From: Haliotis cracherodii
Lineage: Eukaryota
DNA: 64,000 nucleotides
Reading direction: 5' to 3'
Assembly (NCBI RefSeq): GCF_022045235.1
Contig: NW_027266264.1
Location: forward strand, 17,112,001 to 17,176,000
This document shows positions 51,401 to 64,000 of this stretch, piece after piece. Numbering within the stretch: the stretch's first letter is position 1; each line of letters starts with the position of its first letter. Below the pieces are notes generated by a model. It searched no databases, had not been told where the DNA came from, and saw only the letters and a list, made by a program, of their open reading frames with translations. Position numbers and translations under genes: made by a program.

Positions 51401-54400
51401 AGCAACGTCCCCATGACATTACTGAGCCGCTACCATATGCCATTGTTTCCTAGATGTTGCGCTGATGAGATGTTCCTCTTTGGCTCCAGACGCGAGTCCT
51501 ACCATCAGTGCGGTGCGACAAAAACTGACTGTCGTCAGACCAATGAAACCTCCTTCATGACTCCTGACTCCAGGCTAAACGGCCCCGCATGTATCGGGGC
51601 GAACCGAGTGGACGTCTCCTGACCCTTAATCCTGCTGCATTCTGTCGGCGCCTGAAGTTGGTAAGGGACACTTTGCTGTGGGTATGCCATTGATGGCGAA
51701 GAACAGTGCAAGTTGAAGTAGGCAGCCGTTTTGCCTGGCGTAGAAGGACACTGTCCTCTCTGAGCCGCAACTCAGTCACTCACATGTGTTGTCAATGTGT
51801 GTTTTCTAATGAGTCGACTGAGTACAGTATGATTAATGTTCAGCACGGTGGCAATAGCCCGACATGACATGCCAGTTTGGTGCATGCCACTGATTTGCCA
51901 TCTTTAATTTTCTGGGATAGTACGCCTAGGCATTTCACTTTCAAATTGATAGAACTTTCATTTAAAGTTAATCAGTAAATAAGCATGAACGTTCTGTCAT
52001 CAAACGTGAATTTCTCTGAAGAGATCCCGTAGGTGTGCATATAGCTCGCAGTTAAGGTGGCTACCATACTACAGAGAGAATGGTGGAAACACACAGTGTA
52101 CCATTTGAAACGCTCGACATTAAAAATGAACACTTAAAATTTGGCGGTCCGATACTTTTGACGGATGTATACATACACCTTGCCAGTTTGAGTGTGTATT
52201 TGTACACTGATATTGTAATAATAAATAATGAAAATAAATCGTGATGTACATGTACATCAATGTATACGACCATTTAGGCTATGTAATAACGCATCTAATT
52301 TGGTAAGCTATTACCATTTGCTTTGACGACACACGTCTGAATTCGGAATTAGCAAGACACCTGTTTGAGTGATTTCGAGAACAGTTTGCACAATGTCTAA
52401 GTTGGGGACTAGTGAAAAGTGGGGACTAATGAAATACCCCTGTAGTTATCAGGACCCGGTTGTATCAAACCTTCATTAACTAATAGCTACATTAAACCCA
52501 AATGATACATTAAATTCTTAATGCATCGTCAGTTAATGGCTTCATTAAAATCGGTTGTATCAAACGTTTATTAGAACATCATTATCTATGTAAGTGTATA
52601 TCTAATTTAAGTGTTTTTATTGACCTGTTTCAATTAAATTTTTCCCACAATTCTCTGACGTTAACACGTACGCGTTACTTCCGGTTATCTCAGACTGTCA
52701 AAATGACATCGAATCCACTTACACCTAGGTAAACCGAGGAATAGAATTAAGAATTCCTACAGATTTTGTGGCGAGGAAAAATAATAGCTTTTGTCCACAT
52801 TTCAGGAAATGTACCCATATCAAAGATCTTACAACACAAAGCAGATTGGAGGGGCATTATAAAAAAACACGGAAGTGTTTTTTATCCTATTACAGTTTCG
52901 TCAAGACCAGTAGATAGGCCGGTTTTTGTAAACGATGCATCGCATTTTGTATTTCCTCCTTGCCAATATGAGTTTTAGTACCACACTAAGTCTTGTATTG
53001 TTTGATAGGCATTTGTTAGAATTTGACGGGTGACAAAAATCAATGGAGAAGAACTTCTTTTTAATAATGTACCAGCGACGTTTCGGTGTAGATCCTTGTA
53101 CCGTTGTCAAGCAAGGACAATGCTGAAACATATTGCTTGACAACGGTATCTACTGAAATGTCGCTAACACAATGCAAGATTAGTACTGAATCTCGTATTG
53201 GCAAGGAAGAAATACAAAATACGATGAATCGTTTATAAAAAGGCTTATCTACAGGTGTTGACGAAAATATAATAGGAAACAAACACTTCGGTGTCTTTTA
53301 TTAATGGGTACAACGTGGCAATGTACTGCAAATCAATAAGACATCACTTCCAACGTACCACAAACACAACAGTGGAGAGTAGTTTCGCCGTCTTTGAGTG
53401 TTATGTCAAAAAACATTTGCTGCAGGCATTCGCGTCATGCTTACAGTCAATCACTAATCTCTCAACTCAAAATATATTGAAACACACAATGAGGCCCTGA
53501 AGCCCAACCTAATTATGGAGAAATATTGGCGTCTCTGTTTAACCCTCTTCATCGATGTAAATATTAAACGGATTTTCAAAACAGGCAGTGCTTTGTTCTA
53601 ACCCATATTTAGCTATGCCTAGAAATACAGGGACGAACGTTTTTACGAAAACTGTGAGCAAAGAAACTACTTGCCTAACAACATAAATATATATCAAAGG
53701 GATTTGCATGTTCGTGTTAAACGTTCTACATTCGATGCGAAAAATAACTTGTCACAACAGTCGGTTTTCCTCTATGACGTGAAAGATAATGGACCAACTT
53801 GAGGAACGTGATTGCATATTGTTGTTTGGCCTGGCTGGAAGTGGGAACACCAGGTTTCATCCAAAGTCACAAGTTGTTGCAAGAACCTTACTGTATCAGC
53901 TTCAAACAGAGGTAGATTTTCACATATTGTGACATATTGTGCTTGGTGTGTTTTATGTCAGATGTCAACGAACCCAACGAATGGATACTTTCTTCATTGG
54001 CAAAGTTTCGGTGATTATGGAATGTTCTGTCTCCTCGGAAATGCCAACTGAACCAGCAGTCATTCGCCGGTTGGTCATCACCATATAGTGGAATCTCTGG
54101 ATTATATTTGGAGTGGCTGACGTCAGAGGCCTTCCAGGACGGGAGTCGTTTGCAAGGCTCTTCCTGTCACGTTTACACTCTGCTGGGCAGCTCTTTACAT
54201 TAGCAAAGGAAGGGGCATCCTCCCCTAGCTTTGTACATATATCTTCCATGGGTGACTTTTAAGCCCCTTTTCTGCAAGTCACTTTTCTTGATCACTGCAC
54301 GTTCCTCAAATTTGTCCATGTTCCAAAGGCCATAAACCTGTGCTTTTTTTACCGACTCGTCCAGCGAAACAATGTGCTCAATTTCTCAAGGTCAAGGCAG

Positions 54401-56256
54401 AGCCTATCAGTTAACCATGGTAGCTGGATAAAAATAATCAACGCATTACATATCTTTCTTACTCTGCATTCCACGTATATACTTGCGGCATATCAAATTT
54501 CATAATGATACAAATGGAAATGTCTGAATAATAAGCAAAAATGACATTTTCATAATAGCTACAGTGGATGTCGGATGGGAATTCTTTTAGTGACAAAATA
54601 ACTAGGATCTTTCATACAGTTTGAGCTTGACAGGCCTTGTAGTTTCCAAGGAGATGTCGGTGAATCAAGCATTAACAATTCCAATAGCTTTTGTTTATGC
54701 CCGTGACGCCCAAATTGGAGTCCTGTTGTGTCAGTGACTCACATTTGTACTCGAGTTTTTGTTGTGTGCATGTTTGTTTGTTGTTTAACGCCACACTCTG
54801 CAATAGTCCAGATATATGACGGCGGTCTGTTAATAATCGAGTCCGGGCCAAACAATCCAGTGATTGACATCATGAACATGATTCTTTCAACTCGAGTGTA
54901 ATCGACATCGCCATTTCATTGTGTTTCAGTAGTAGTCAGCCAAATAAGCTACCAGTTTGTTTTTACAAGGATTGAAGCACGAGCATGCGTTTGCTTCTAC
55001 AATCAAAAATTGACCTTTCTTTTATCTGTTCAAGAACACATCCTCACAGATGTTCAACTTGGGGAATTAATCAATAAAGATAGGCACTGAAACACAGAAC
55101 ACAATGCTGATCCAGATGCGATCTTTAACAGAACAAGGAAATATAGTTTGAATATTGCTAAGTGCGGTGTTAAACAACAAACAAACTTATGGCAAGACTA
55201 GATGCTGAGTCATACTCTCTGTCCAAAGTGAGTGAGTGAGTTTGATTTTACGCCGCTTTTAGCAATATTCCACCAACATCACGGCGGGGGGCACCAGAAA
55301 TGGGCTTCACACATTGTACACATGTCGGGAATCGAACCCGGATCTTCGGCGTGACGAGCGAACGCTTAAACCACTAGGCTACACGACCGCCCCTCTCTGT
55401 CCAAAGAATATAAGCCAGGCCTCTATTAGACTCTCTAATATGTGATATGTTAGCTGATAATAAAGACCATTGTATCTTTTGTACGACTGTAAAATTTAGG
55501 ATTTGGTAAGGTAGTGAGTTGTCAGCACAGAATAGATGCTGGACCTCTGATAGACAGGCAAAATTAAGAGAAGCCTGGGCATCGAATAGAAGAAATACAG
55601 TACATAGCAACATGCATGCAGGTGCGTTTATATCGCAGTTGAATATGGATACCCAACTCAGACTAGTATACCGACTCCGAGTGGACCAGTCCTTGTCTTA
55701 TCCTAGGGAGAGTTACAGGAAGTTACAAAACATAATGTCTTATGGTACGACTCAGCCGGGGATTGAACCTCCGACCATCCGCTTTCAACTGATTGCGCAT
55801 AATGCAATAACTTGTCCTTGCAGCCGAATTGAAAATCAGACCTGACCTTCTTGTACAGTTTCAGCTGTTACTGGGAACAAGCACGTGGGATGTTTACAGA
55901 CGAAAATAGCACTTTTAGTCAGGTGAGCTAAAAACTCATCAACATACAAATGAAAGTTGTCCGAAAAGATAATACTGGCATTGAATAGACATTGTAGTAC
56001 ATGGATAATGTCATGTGGTATATTGAAGTCTGCAATTTCGGGCACGGATTGAAAATCTCTGGTAAAAAAAAGTCTGTCAATTTCTTTGAAAATGTTTTAT
56101 TCCCTTATCTACAATTTTAATTTCACTGATGATGTTTTCTTCTGGTTCTTTTTCTGGTCTGCCTGCCTGTGTTTGACGTGAGATGACACCTCATCCTGTA
56201 GCTTGGTGAAGAAGGCAGAAGAAGACGTCAGACTTGTCTTACTGGAATCACTCTGA
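48456..56256 (+). pseudogene. Duplicated exons 6-10 in unit 2
   Basis: 48456-48500, truncated exon 7, 49738-49848 (TAA), 55430-55505, 56202-56256; AATAAA near 56357. Confidence 0.55.
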
Positions 56257-57944
56257 AAGTTAAAAGCAAGATGTCTTCATAGATCCTGTTGTTTCTCATA
56301 TTAGCCTTATGCAGAGTACCAACTCTTAAAATCAAAATCAGTTTATCAAATAATCCAATAAAAGCTTAAATCCAAATAGCCATCACTTTTCATAATTTTG
56401 AGAGCGACACACATATTTTGATGAATGGTTGGTGTTGAATATCAACCTCTATTGGCGTCATCCTATTGTTTTTACGGGGCCTGCATTTCATACAATGACC
56501 TCTCAGCAGGACATCATCAGTCTGTCCTGCGATATTCTACAGTAAGTCCCCCCGCAACAGATATATTTTGCATTTGAGGAACTTGAGCCTTGAAACACTG
56601 ACTGGATTAAGAAAAATAACTATGATCACATTACTCTAAATACTATTATCGAAATATCTGTTCTTGTTAAGGGAGACTGCATGGTGCCTTTGTGGACTGT
56701 GGATACATTTGGAATTGTGAGTAGGCAAATGTGTTTTTAAAATAAAAATCAATTTATGATATGTTCGCTCACGTGTTGCTATGGAGGGGTGACTGCGTCT
56801 CTGCGGTATGACAGGGAGATCGGGTTCAGAACCATGTTGATATGGATGGCAGATTGGCATCAAGCTGTGGTGATGTGTGGTTTGATTCTAATCAAAACTG
56901 ATCGAACTCAGGATACTGTTACCAGAAACTAGTCCTTTTAAATATAAAACGTCAATGCCGTGTAATTATCTGCCGAAACAGATTACATTGGGCGTAAAGG
57001 CAAGATAGTAAAGGTAACTACGTGAAGTGATCGTGTTCGTAAAAAGGGTAAAGAAGGGATTAAAATAGTATCTATCGATCTAAAACTATGCGAGACAAAC
57101 ATGCCGCATCTGTTGTTGTTGGCTTGTTGTTTAACGCCGCACTCAGCAATATTCCAGCTATATGACGGCGTTCTGTAAATAATCGAGTCTGGACCAGACA
57201 ATCCGATAATTAATATCATGAGCATCGATCCACGCAATTGGGATCGATGGCATGCATCAACCAAGTCAGCGAGCCTGGCCACCCGATCCCGTTAGTCGCC
57301 TTTTACGACAAGCATAGTCACCTTTTACGGCAAGCATGGGTTGCTGAAGACCTATTCTACCCCGGAATCTTCACGGGTAGAACTGATCTGAAAGGGTAGC
57401 ATACACTATCACATGAAACTCTGTCATGGTTTGCGGGAATAAGCTTCTCATTCAAAACTCATGTACGTCTTTTTCCATGAAGTATCATATGTCTACTCTA
57501 AACCGAAGACTGTTATGTGACCAAGTAAAATTTATATTAATTATTGTAAACGGTCAGTGGTACTCCTGCTCTCGTGGAAACCGATGCCACTAAAAACTTC
57601 ATCGGTATTATTTGTTTGTTTCTTTGTTGTTAAACGCCGCACTCAGCAATATTCCAGCTATATGACTGCGGTCTGTAAATAATCGAGTCTGGACCAGAAC
57701 ATCCAGTGATTAATATCATGAGCATTGATCCACTCAGTTGGGATACGATGACATGCATCAGCCAGGTCAGCGAGCCTGACCACCCGATCCCGTTAGTCGC
57801 CTCTTACGACAAGCATAGTCGCCTTTTACGGCAAGCATGGGTTGCTGAAGACCTATTCTACCCCGGATCTTCACGGATCTTAAAGTAATCGACTTTTTGC
57901 TATGTGTTCAGAGGTTTAACAACAAAGCTAGTTGCCTGTTTTAG

Positions 57945-59593
57945 GGGAAGAAAAGATGGATGAATACAATGCCGACCATACTTTGGTAAGGATGGCATTA
58001 TACAATGGTGAAGGGAAATGCATGAAGATTTATTTGAGACGTGGAGAATTCACAGGTAAGCATCCCCAAACTGGCCCATATGACTTCATAGGACTCAAAG
58101 CAAGTTTATTCAAATTGAAATTTGAAATTAATAGTTTAAAATATACACTTAGCTTTTCCAACACCAATTACACTTAGGATATCTGAACTTGTGCTCAACA
58201 ATATATGCACACAGTTTAGTACGGGATTGTTATTGGTGATGCCGCTAGAATCTGTTAGATTAATCAGTTTAGTTGATACATTTAGTTCACTAATAATCAT
58301 CTAAGTTGATACCCATTTCCCCTGGAAGCAATTAGTTTAGTAGATAAATAAGCTCAGACAAATTAATGATATTGACCACGCCCCGATACATTGATCGCCT
58401 GCTCTGCGAAGTTGATTGGTCGGTAGAGGCATGACTGTTGTCGGTCACAGCAAGCTACTTCCTCGCACAGTGACCCGACTTACAACAAATATGTCAAGGT
58501 TCGTGGAAGGACGAGTCTACATCATTCTACGTCTTACACAAGGAAAGAAGTAACCCGTTGATATGAATGTGAGTGAGTTTGATTTTACGCCGCTTTTAGC
58601 AATATTCCACCAACATCACGGCGGGGGGCACCAGAAATGGGCTTCACACATTGTACACATGTCGGGAATCGAACCCGGATCTTCGGCGTGACGAGCGAAC
58701 GCTTAAACCACTAGGCTACCCGACCGCCCCTCTCTGTCCAAAGAATATAAGCCAGGCCTCTGTTAGACTCTCTAATATGTGATATGTTAGCTGATAATAA
58801 AGACCATTGTATCTTTTGTACGACTGTAAAATTTAGGATTTGGTAAGGTAGTGAGTTGTCAGCACAGAATAGATGCTGGACCTCTGATAGACAGGCAAAA
58901 TTAAGAGAAGCCTGGGCATCGAATAGAAGAAATACAGTACATAGCAACATGCATGCAGGTGCGTTTATATCGCAGTTGAATATGGATACCCAACTCAGAC
59001 TAGTATACCGACTCCGAGTGGACCAGTCCTTGTCTTATCCTAGGGAGAGTTACAGGAAGTTACAAAACATAATGTCTTATAGTACGACTCAGCCGGGGAT
59101 TGAACCTCCGACCATCCGCTTTCAACTGATTGCGCATAATGCAATAACTTGTCCTTGCAGCCGAATTGAAAATCAGACCTGACCTTCTTGTACAGTTTCA
59201 GCTGTTACTGGGAACAAGCACGTGGGATGTTTACAGACGAAAATAGCACTTTTAGTCAGGTGAGCTAAAAACTCATCAACATACAAATGAAAGTTGTCCG
59301 AAAAGATAATACTGGCATTGAATAGACATTGTAGTACATGGATAATGTCATGTGGTATATTGAAGTCTGCAATTTCGGGCACGGATTGAAAATATTTGGT
59401 AAAAAAAAGTCTGTCAATTTCTTTGAAAATGTTTTATTCCCTTATCTACAATTTTAATTTCACTGATGATGTTTTCTTCTGGTTCTTTTTCTGGTCTGCC
59501 TGCCTGTGTTTGACGTGAGATGACACCTCATCCTGTAGCTTGGTGAAGAAGGCAGAAGAAGACGTCAGACTTGTCTTACTGGAATCACTCTGA
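57945..59593 (+). pseudogene. Exons 8-10 in unit 3, open reading
   Basis: 57945-58055, 58767-58842 and 59539-59593 splice to GEEKMDEYNADHTLVRMALYNGEGKCMKIYLRRGEFTDSLICDMLADNKDHCIFCTTVKFRICLVKKAEEDVRLVLLESL*. Confidence 0.55.
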
Positions 59594-61363
59594 AAGTTAA
59601 AAGCATGATGTCTTCATAGATCCTGTTGTTTCTCATATTAGCCTTATGCAGAGTACCAACTCTTAAAATCAAAATCAGTTTATCAAATAATCCAATAAAA
59701 GCTTAAATCCAAATAGCCATCACTTTTCATAATTTTGAGAGCGACACACATATTTTGATGAATGGTTGGTGTTGAATTGCGTGTATTTGCGCTATACACA
59801 ACTCCCTTTTAATTGTTTAATTTAGTCAAAGTGTGTGGCTTCTTTTAACTGCAACATATCAACCTCTATTGGCGTCATCCTATTGTTTTTACGGGGCCTG
59901 CATTTCATACAATGACCTCTCAGCAGGACATCATCAGTCTGTCCTGCGATATTCTACAGTAAGTCCCCCCGCAACAGATATATTTTGCATTTGAGGAACT
60001 TGAGCCTTGAAACACTGACTGGATTAAGAAAAATAACTACGATCACATTACTCTAAATACTATTATCGAAATATCTGTTCTTGTTAAGGGAGACTGCATG
60101 GTGCCTTTGTGGACTGTGGATACATTTGGAATTGTGAGTAGGCAAATGTGTTTTTAAAATAAAAATCAATTTATGATATGTTCGCTCACGTGTTGCTATG
60201 GAGGGGTGACTGCGTCTCTGCGGTATGCCAGGGAGATCGGGTTCAGAACCATGTTGATATGGATGGCAGATTGGCATCAAGCTGTGGTGATGTGTGGTTT
60301 GATTCTAATCAAAACTGATCGAACTCAGGATAATGTTACCAGAAACTAGTCCTTTTAAATATAAAACGTCAATGCCGTGTAATTATCTGCCGAAACAGAT
60401 TGAATTGGGCGTAAAGGCAAGATAGTGATGATAACTACGTGAAGTGATCGTGTTCGTAAAAAGGGTAAAGAAGGGATTAAAATAGTATCTATCGATCTAA
60501 AACTATGCGAGACAAAAATGCCGCATCTGTTGTTGTTGGTTTGTTGTTTAACGCCGCACTCAGCAATATTCCAGCTATATGACGGCGTTCTGTAAATAAT
60601 CGAGTCTGGACCAGACAATCCGATAATTAATATCATGAGCATCGATCCACGCAATTGGGATCGATGACATGCATCAACCAAGTCAGCGAGCCTGGCCACC
60701 CGATCCCGTTAGTCGCCTTTTACGACAAGCATAGTCACCTTTTACGGCAAGCATGGGTTGCTGAAGACCTATTCTACCCCGGAATCTTCACGGGTAGAAC
60801 TGATCTGAAAGGGTAGCATACACTATCACATGAAACTCTGTCATGGTTTGCGGGAATAAGCTTCTCATTCAAAACTCATGTACGTCTTTTTCCATGAAGT
60901 ATCATATGTCTACTCTAAACCGAAGACTGTTATGTGACCAAGTAAAATTTATATTAATTATTGTAAACGGTCAGTGGTACTCCTGCTCTCGTGGAAACCA
61001 ATGCCACTAAAAACTTCATTGGTATTATTTGTTTGTTTCTTTGTTGTTACACGCCCCACTCAGCAATATTCCAGCTATATGACTGCGGTCTGTAAATAAT
61101 CGAGTCTGGACCAGAACATCCAGTGATTAATATCATGAGCATTGATCCACTCAGTTGGGATACGATGACATGCATCAGCCAGGTCAGCGAGCCTGACCAC
61201 CTGATCCCGTTAGTCGCCTCTTACGACAAGCATAGTCGCCTTTTACGGCAAGCATTGGTTGCTGAAGACCTTTTCTATCTTCACGGGTCTTCATTGGTAT
61301 TAAAGTCATCGACTTTTACGATGTGTTCAGAGGTTTAACAACAAAGCTAGTTGCCTGTTTTAG

Positions 61364-63009
61364 GGAAAGAAAAGATGGATGAATACAATGCCGACCATAC
61401 TTTGGTAAGGATGGCATTATACAATAGTGAAGGGAAATGCATGAAGATTTATTTGAGACGTGGAGAATTCACAGGTAAGCATCCCCAAACTGACCCATAT
61501 GACTTCATAGGACTCAAAACAAGTTTATTCAAATTGAAATTTGAAATTAATAGTTTAAAATATACACTTAGCTTTTCCAACACCAATTACACTTAGGATA
61601 TCTGAACTTGTGCTCAACAATATATGCACACAGTTTAGTACGGGATTGTTATTGGTGATGCCGCTAGAATCTGTTAGATTAATCAGTTTAATTGATACAT
61701 TTAGTTCACTAATAATCATCTAAGTTGATACCCATTTCCCCTGGAAGCAATTAGTTTAGTAGATAAATAAGCTCAGACAAATTAATGATATTGACCACGC
61801 CCCGATACATTGATCGCCTGCTCTGCGAAGTTGATTGGTCGGTAGAGGCATGACTGTTGTCGGTCACAGCAAGCTACTTCCTCGTACAGTGACCCGACTT
61901 ACAACAAATATGTCAAGGTTCGTGGAAGGACGAGTCTACATCATTCTACGTCTTACACAAGGAAAGAAGTAACCCGTTGACATGAGTGTGAGTGAGTTTG
62001 ATTTTACGCCGCTTTTAGCAATATTCCACCAACATCACGGCGGGGGGCACCAGAAATGGGCTTCACACATTGTACCCATGTCGGGAATCGAACCCGGGTC
62101 TTCGGCGTGACGAGCGAACGCTTAAACCACTAGGCTACCCGACTGCCCCTCTCTGTCCAAAGAATATAAGCCAGGCCTCTATTAGACTCTCTAATATGTG
62201 ATATGTTAGCTGATAATAAAGACCATTGTATCTTTTGTAGGACTGTAAAATTTAGGATTTGGTAAGGTAGTGAGTTGTCAGCACAGAATAGACGCTGGAC
62301 CTCTAATAGACAGGCAAAATTAAGAGAAGCCTGGGCATCGAATAGAAGAAATACAGTACATAGCAACATGCATGCAGGTGCGTTTATATCGCAGTTGAAT
62401 ATGGATACCCAACTCAGACTAGTATACCGACTCCGAGTGGACCAGTCCTTGTTTCATCCCAGGGAGAGTAACAGGAAGTTACAATACATAATGTCATGGT
62501 ACGACTCAGCTGGGGATTGAACCTCCGACCATCCGCTTTCAACTGGTTGCGCATAATGCAATAACTTGTCCTTGCAGCCGAATTGAAAATCAGACCTGAC
62601 CTTCTTGTACAGTTTCAGCTGTTACTGGGAAAAGCACGTGGGATGTTTACAGACGAAAATAGCACTTTTAATCAGGTGAGCTAAAAACTCATCAACATAC
62701 AAATGAAAGTTGTCCGAAAAGATAATACTGGCATTGAATAGACATTGTAGAACATAGATAATGTCATGTGGTATATTGAAGTCTGCAATTTCGGGCACGG
62801 ATTGAAAATCTTTGGTAAAAAAAAGTCTGTCAATTTCTTTGAAAATGTTTTATTCCCTTATCTACAATTTTAATTTCACTGATGATGTTTTCTTCTGGTT
62901 CTTTTTCTGGTCTGCCTGCCTGTGTTTGATGTGAGATGACACCTCATCCTGTAGCTTGGTGAAGAAGGCAGAAGAAGACGTCAGACTTGTCTTACTGGAA
63001 TCACTCTGA
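61364..63009 (+). pseudogene. Exons 8-10 in unit 4, open reading
   Basis: 61364-61474, 62186-62261 and 62955-63009; same phases as unit 3. Confidence 0.55.
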
Positions 63010-64000
63010 AAGTTAAAAGCAAGATGTCTTCATAGATCCTGTTGTTTCTCATATTAGCCTTATGCAGAGTACCAACTCTTAAAATCAAAATCAGTTTATC
63101 AAATAATCCAATAAAAGCTCAAATCCAAATTGCCATCACTTTTCATAATTTTGAGAGCGACACACATACTTTGATGAATGGTTGGTGTTGAATTGCGTGT
63201 ATTTGCGCTGCACACAACTCCCTTTTAATTTTTAAATTTAGTCAAAGTGTGTGGCTTCTTTTAACTGCAACATATCAACCTCTATTGGCGTCATCCTATT
63301 GTTTTTACGGGGCCTGCATTTCATACAATGACCTCTCAGCAGGACATCATCAGTCTGTCCTGCGATTTTCTATAGTAAGTCCCCCCGCAACAGATATATT
63401 TTGCATTTGAGTGAGTGAGTGAGTATGGTTTTACGCCGCTTTTAGCAATATTCTAGAAATATCATGGCGGGGACACCAGAAATGGGCTTCACACATTGTA
63501 CCCATGTCGGGAATCGAACGCTTTAACCACTAGGCTCCCCGACCGCCCCATTTTGCATTTGAACACAATCCACATAAGGAAGTGTCTTCTTTATAGTTCA
63601 GTGGAAATAACTTGCAATTTTGATACTTGTATAAAGGCACTGATTAAAGAATCTATTTCACAAGTACATGTGTGCCAGGAAGACATATTTTACATCCCTT
63701 TCCTAAGGTTCAAATTTGTAATAGGTTTATAGTTGGACAAAAACGTTCTACTCGGACTTGTGAAGGTTCATAGGGGCATTGAAAAGACATTCTGATACTA
63801 TCCAGGTGCATCAGGAAAATGGAGCACACTGTGGGCTAGTATCATGTGCAATGAAACAAGTCATCTATTATTAGGGTGCCTCTTTTGACAAAATAGCTTG
63901 CTTGGGAAAGACAACGTTTTTATGAGGTGATCAACAAAAGTAACAAAAATCGCCACATTCCAAATAGCAATGCCATCTGAACATCCAGGAAGTGGCACAG

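Larger units (their letters stand above)
40443..63410 (+). repeat. Four-unit tandem segmental duplication (U1 about 40443-48360, U2 48361-56577, U3 56578-59993, U4 59994-63410)
   Basis: Junction ttttgcatttgaggaacttgagccttgaaacac at about 48351, 56567 and 59984; recurring ORF-track peptides. Confidence 0.95.

Overview
Eukaryotic, intron-rich, repeat-dense animal DNA, probably a gastropod mollusc (abalone-like SINE families; taxon is inference from memory, not a search). No prokaryotic operons and no CRISPR. Main contents: (1) two minus-strand exons of a C-type lectin plus Thr/Ser mucin-repeat gene running off the left edge. (2) Many transposons: four Tc1-type loci, two mariner loci, a Gypsy pol+LTR relic, an R4/Dong-like and other LINE fragments, several MITEs, and three SINE-like families sharing a 3' tail. 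(3) A 30/31-bp satellite with higher-order structure. (4) About 59 near-identical 63-bp repeats between a tRNA-type Pol III promoter and the first T-run terminator. (5) A phase-consistent 10-exon plus-strand pseudogene, not assembled by the ORF track, with FUT8/NodZ-like fucosyltransferase motif spacing. Its 3' half is tandemly duplicated four times (40.4-63.4 kb); two copies were shortened by SINE-SINE recombination. (6) Back-to-back variant minimal hammerhead-like motifs inside a Penelope-like inverted repeat, present twice. All calls were made by eye; transposon and repeat edges are approximate.
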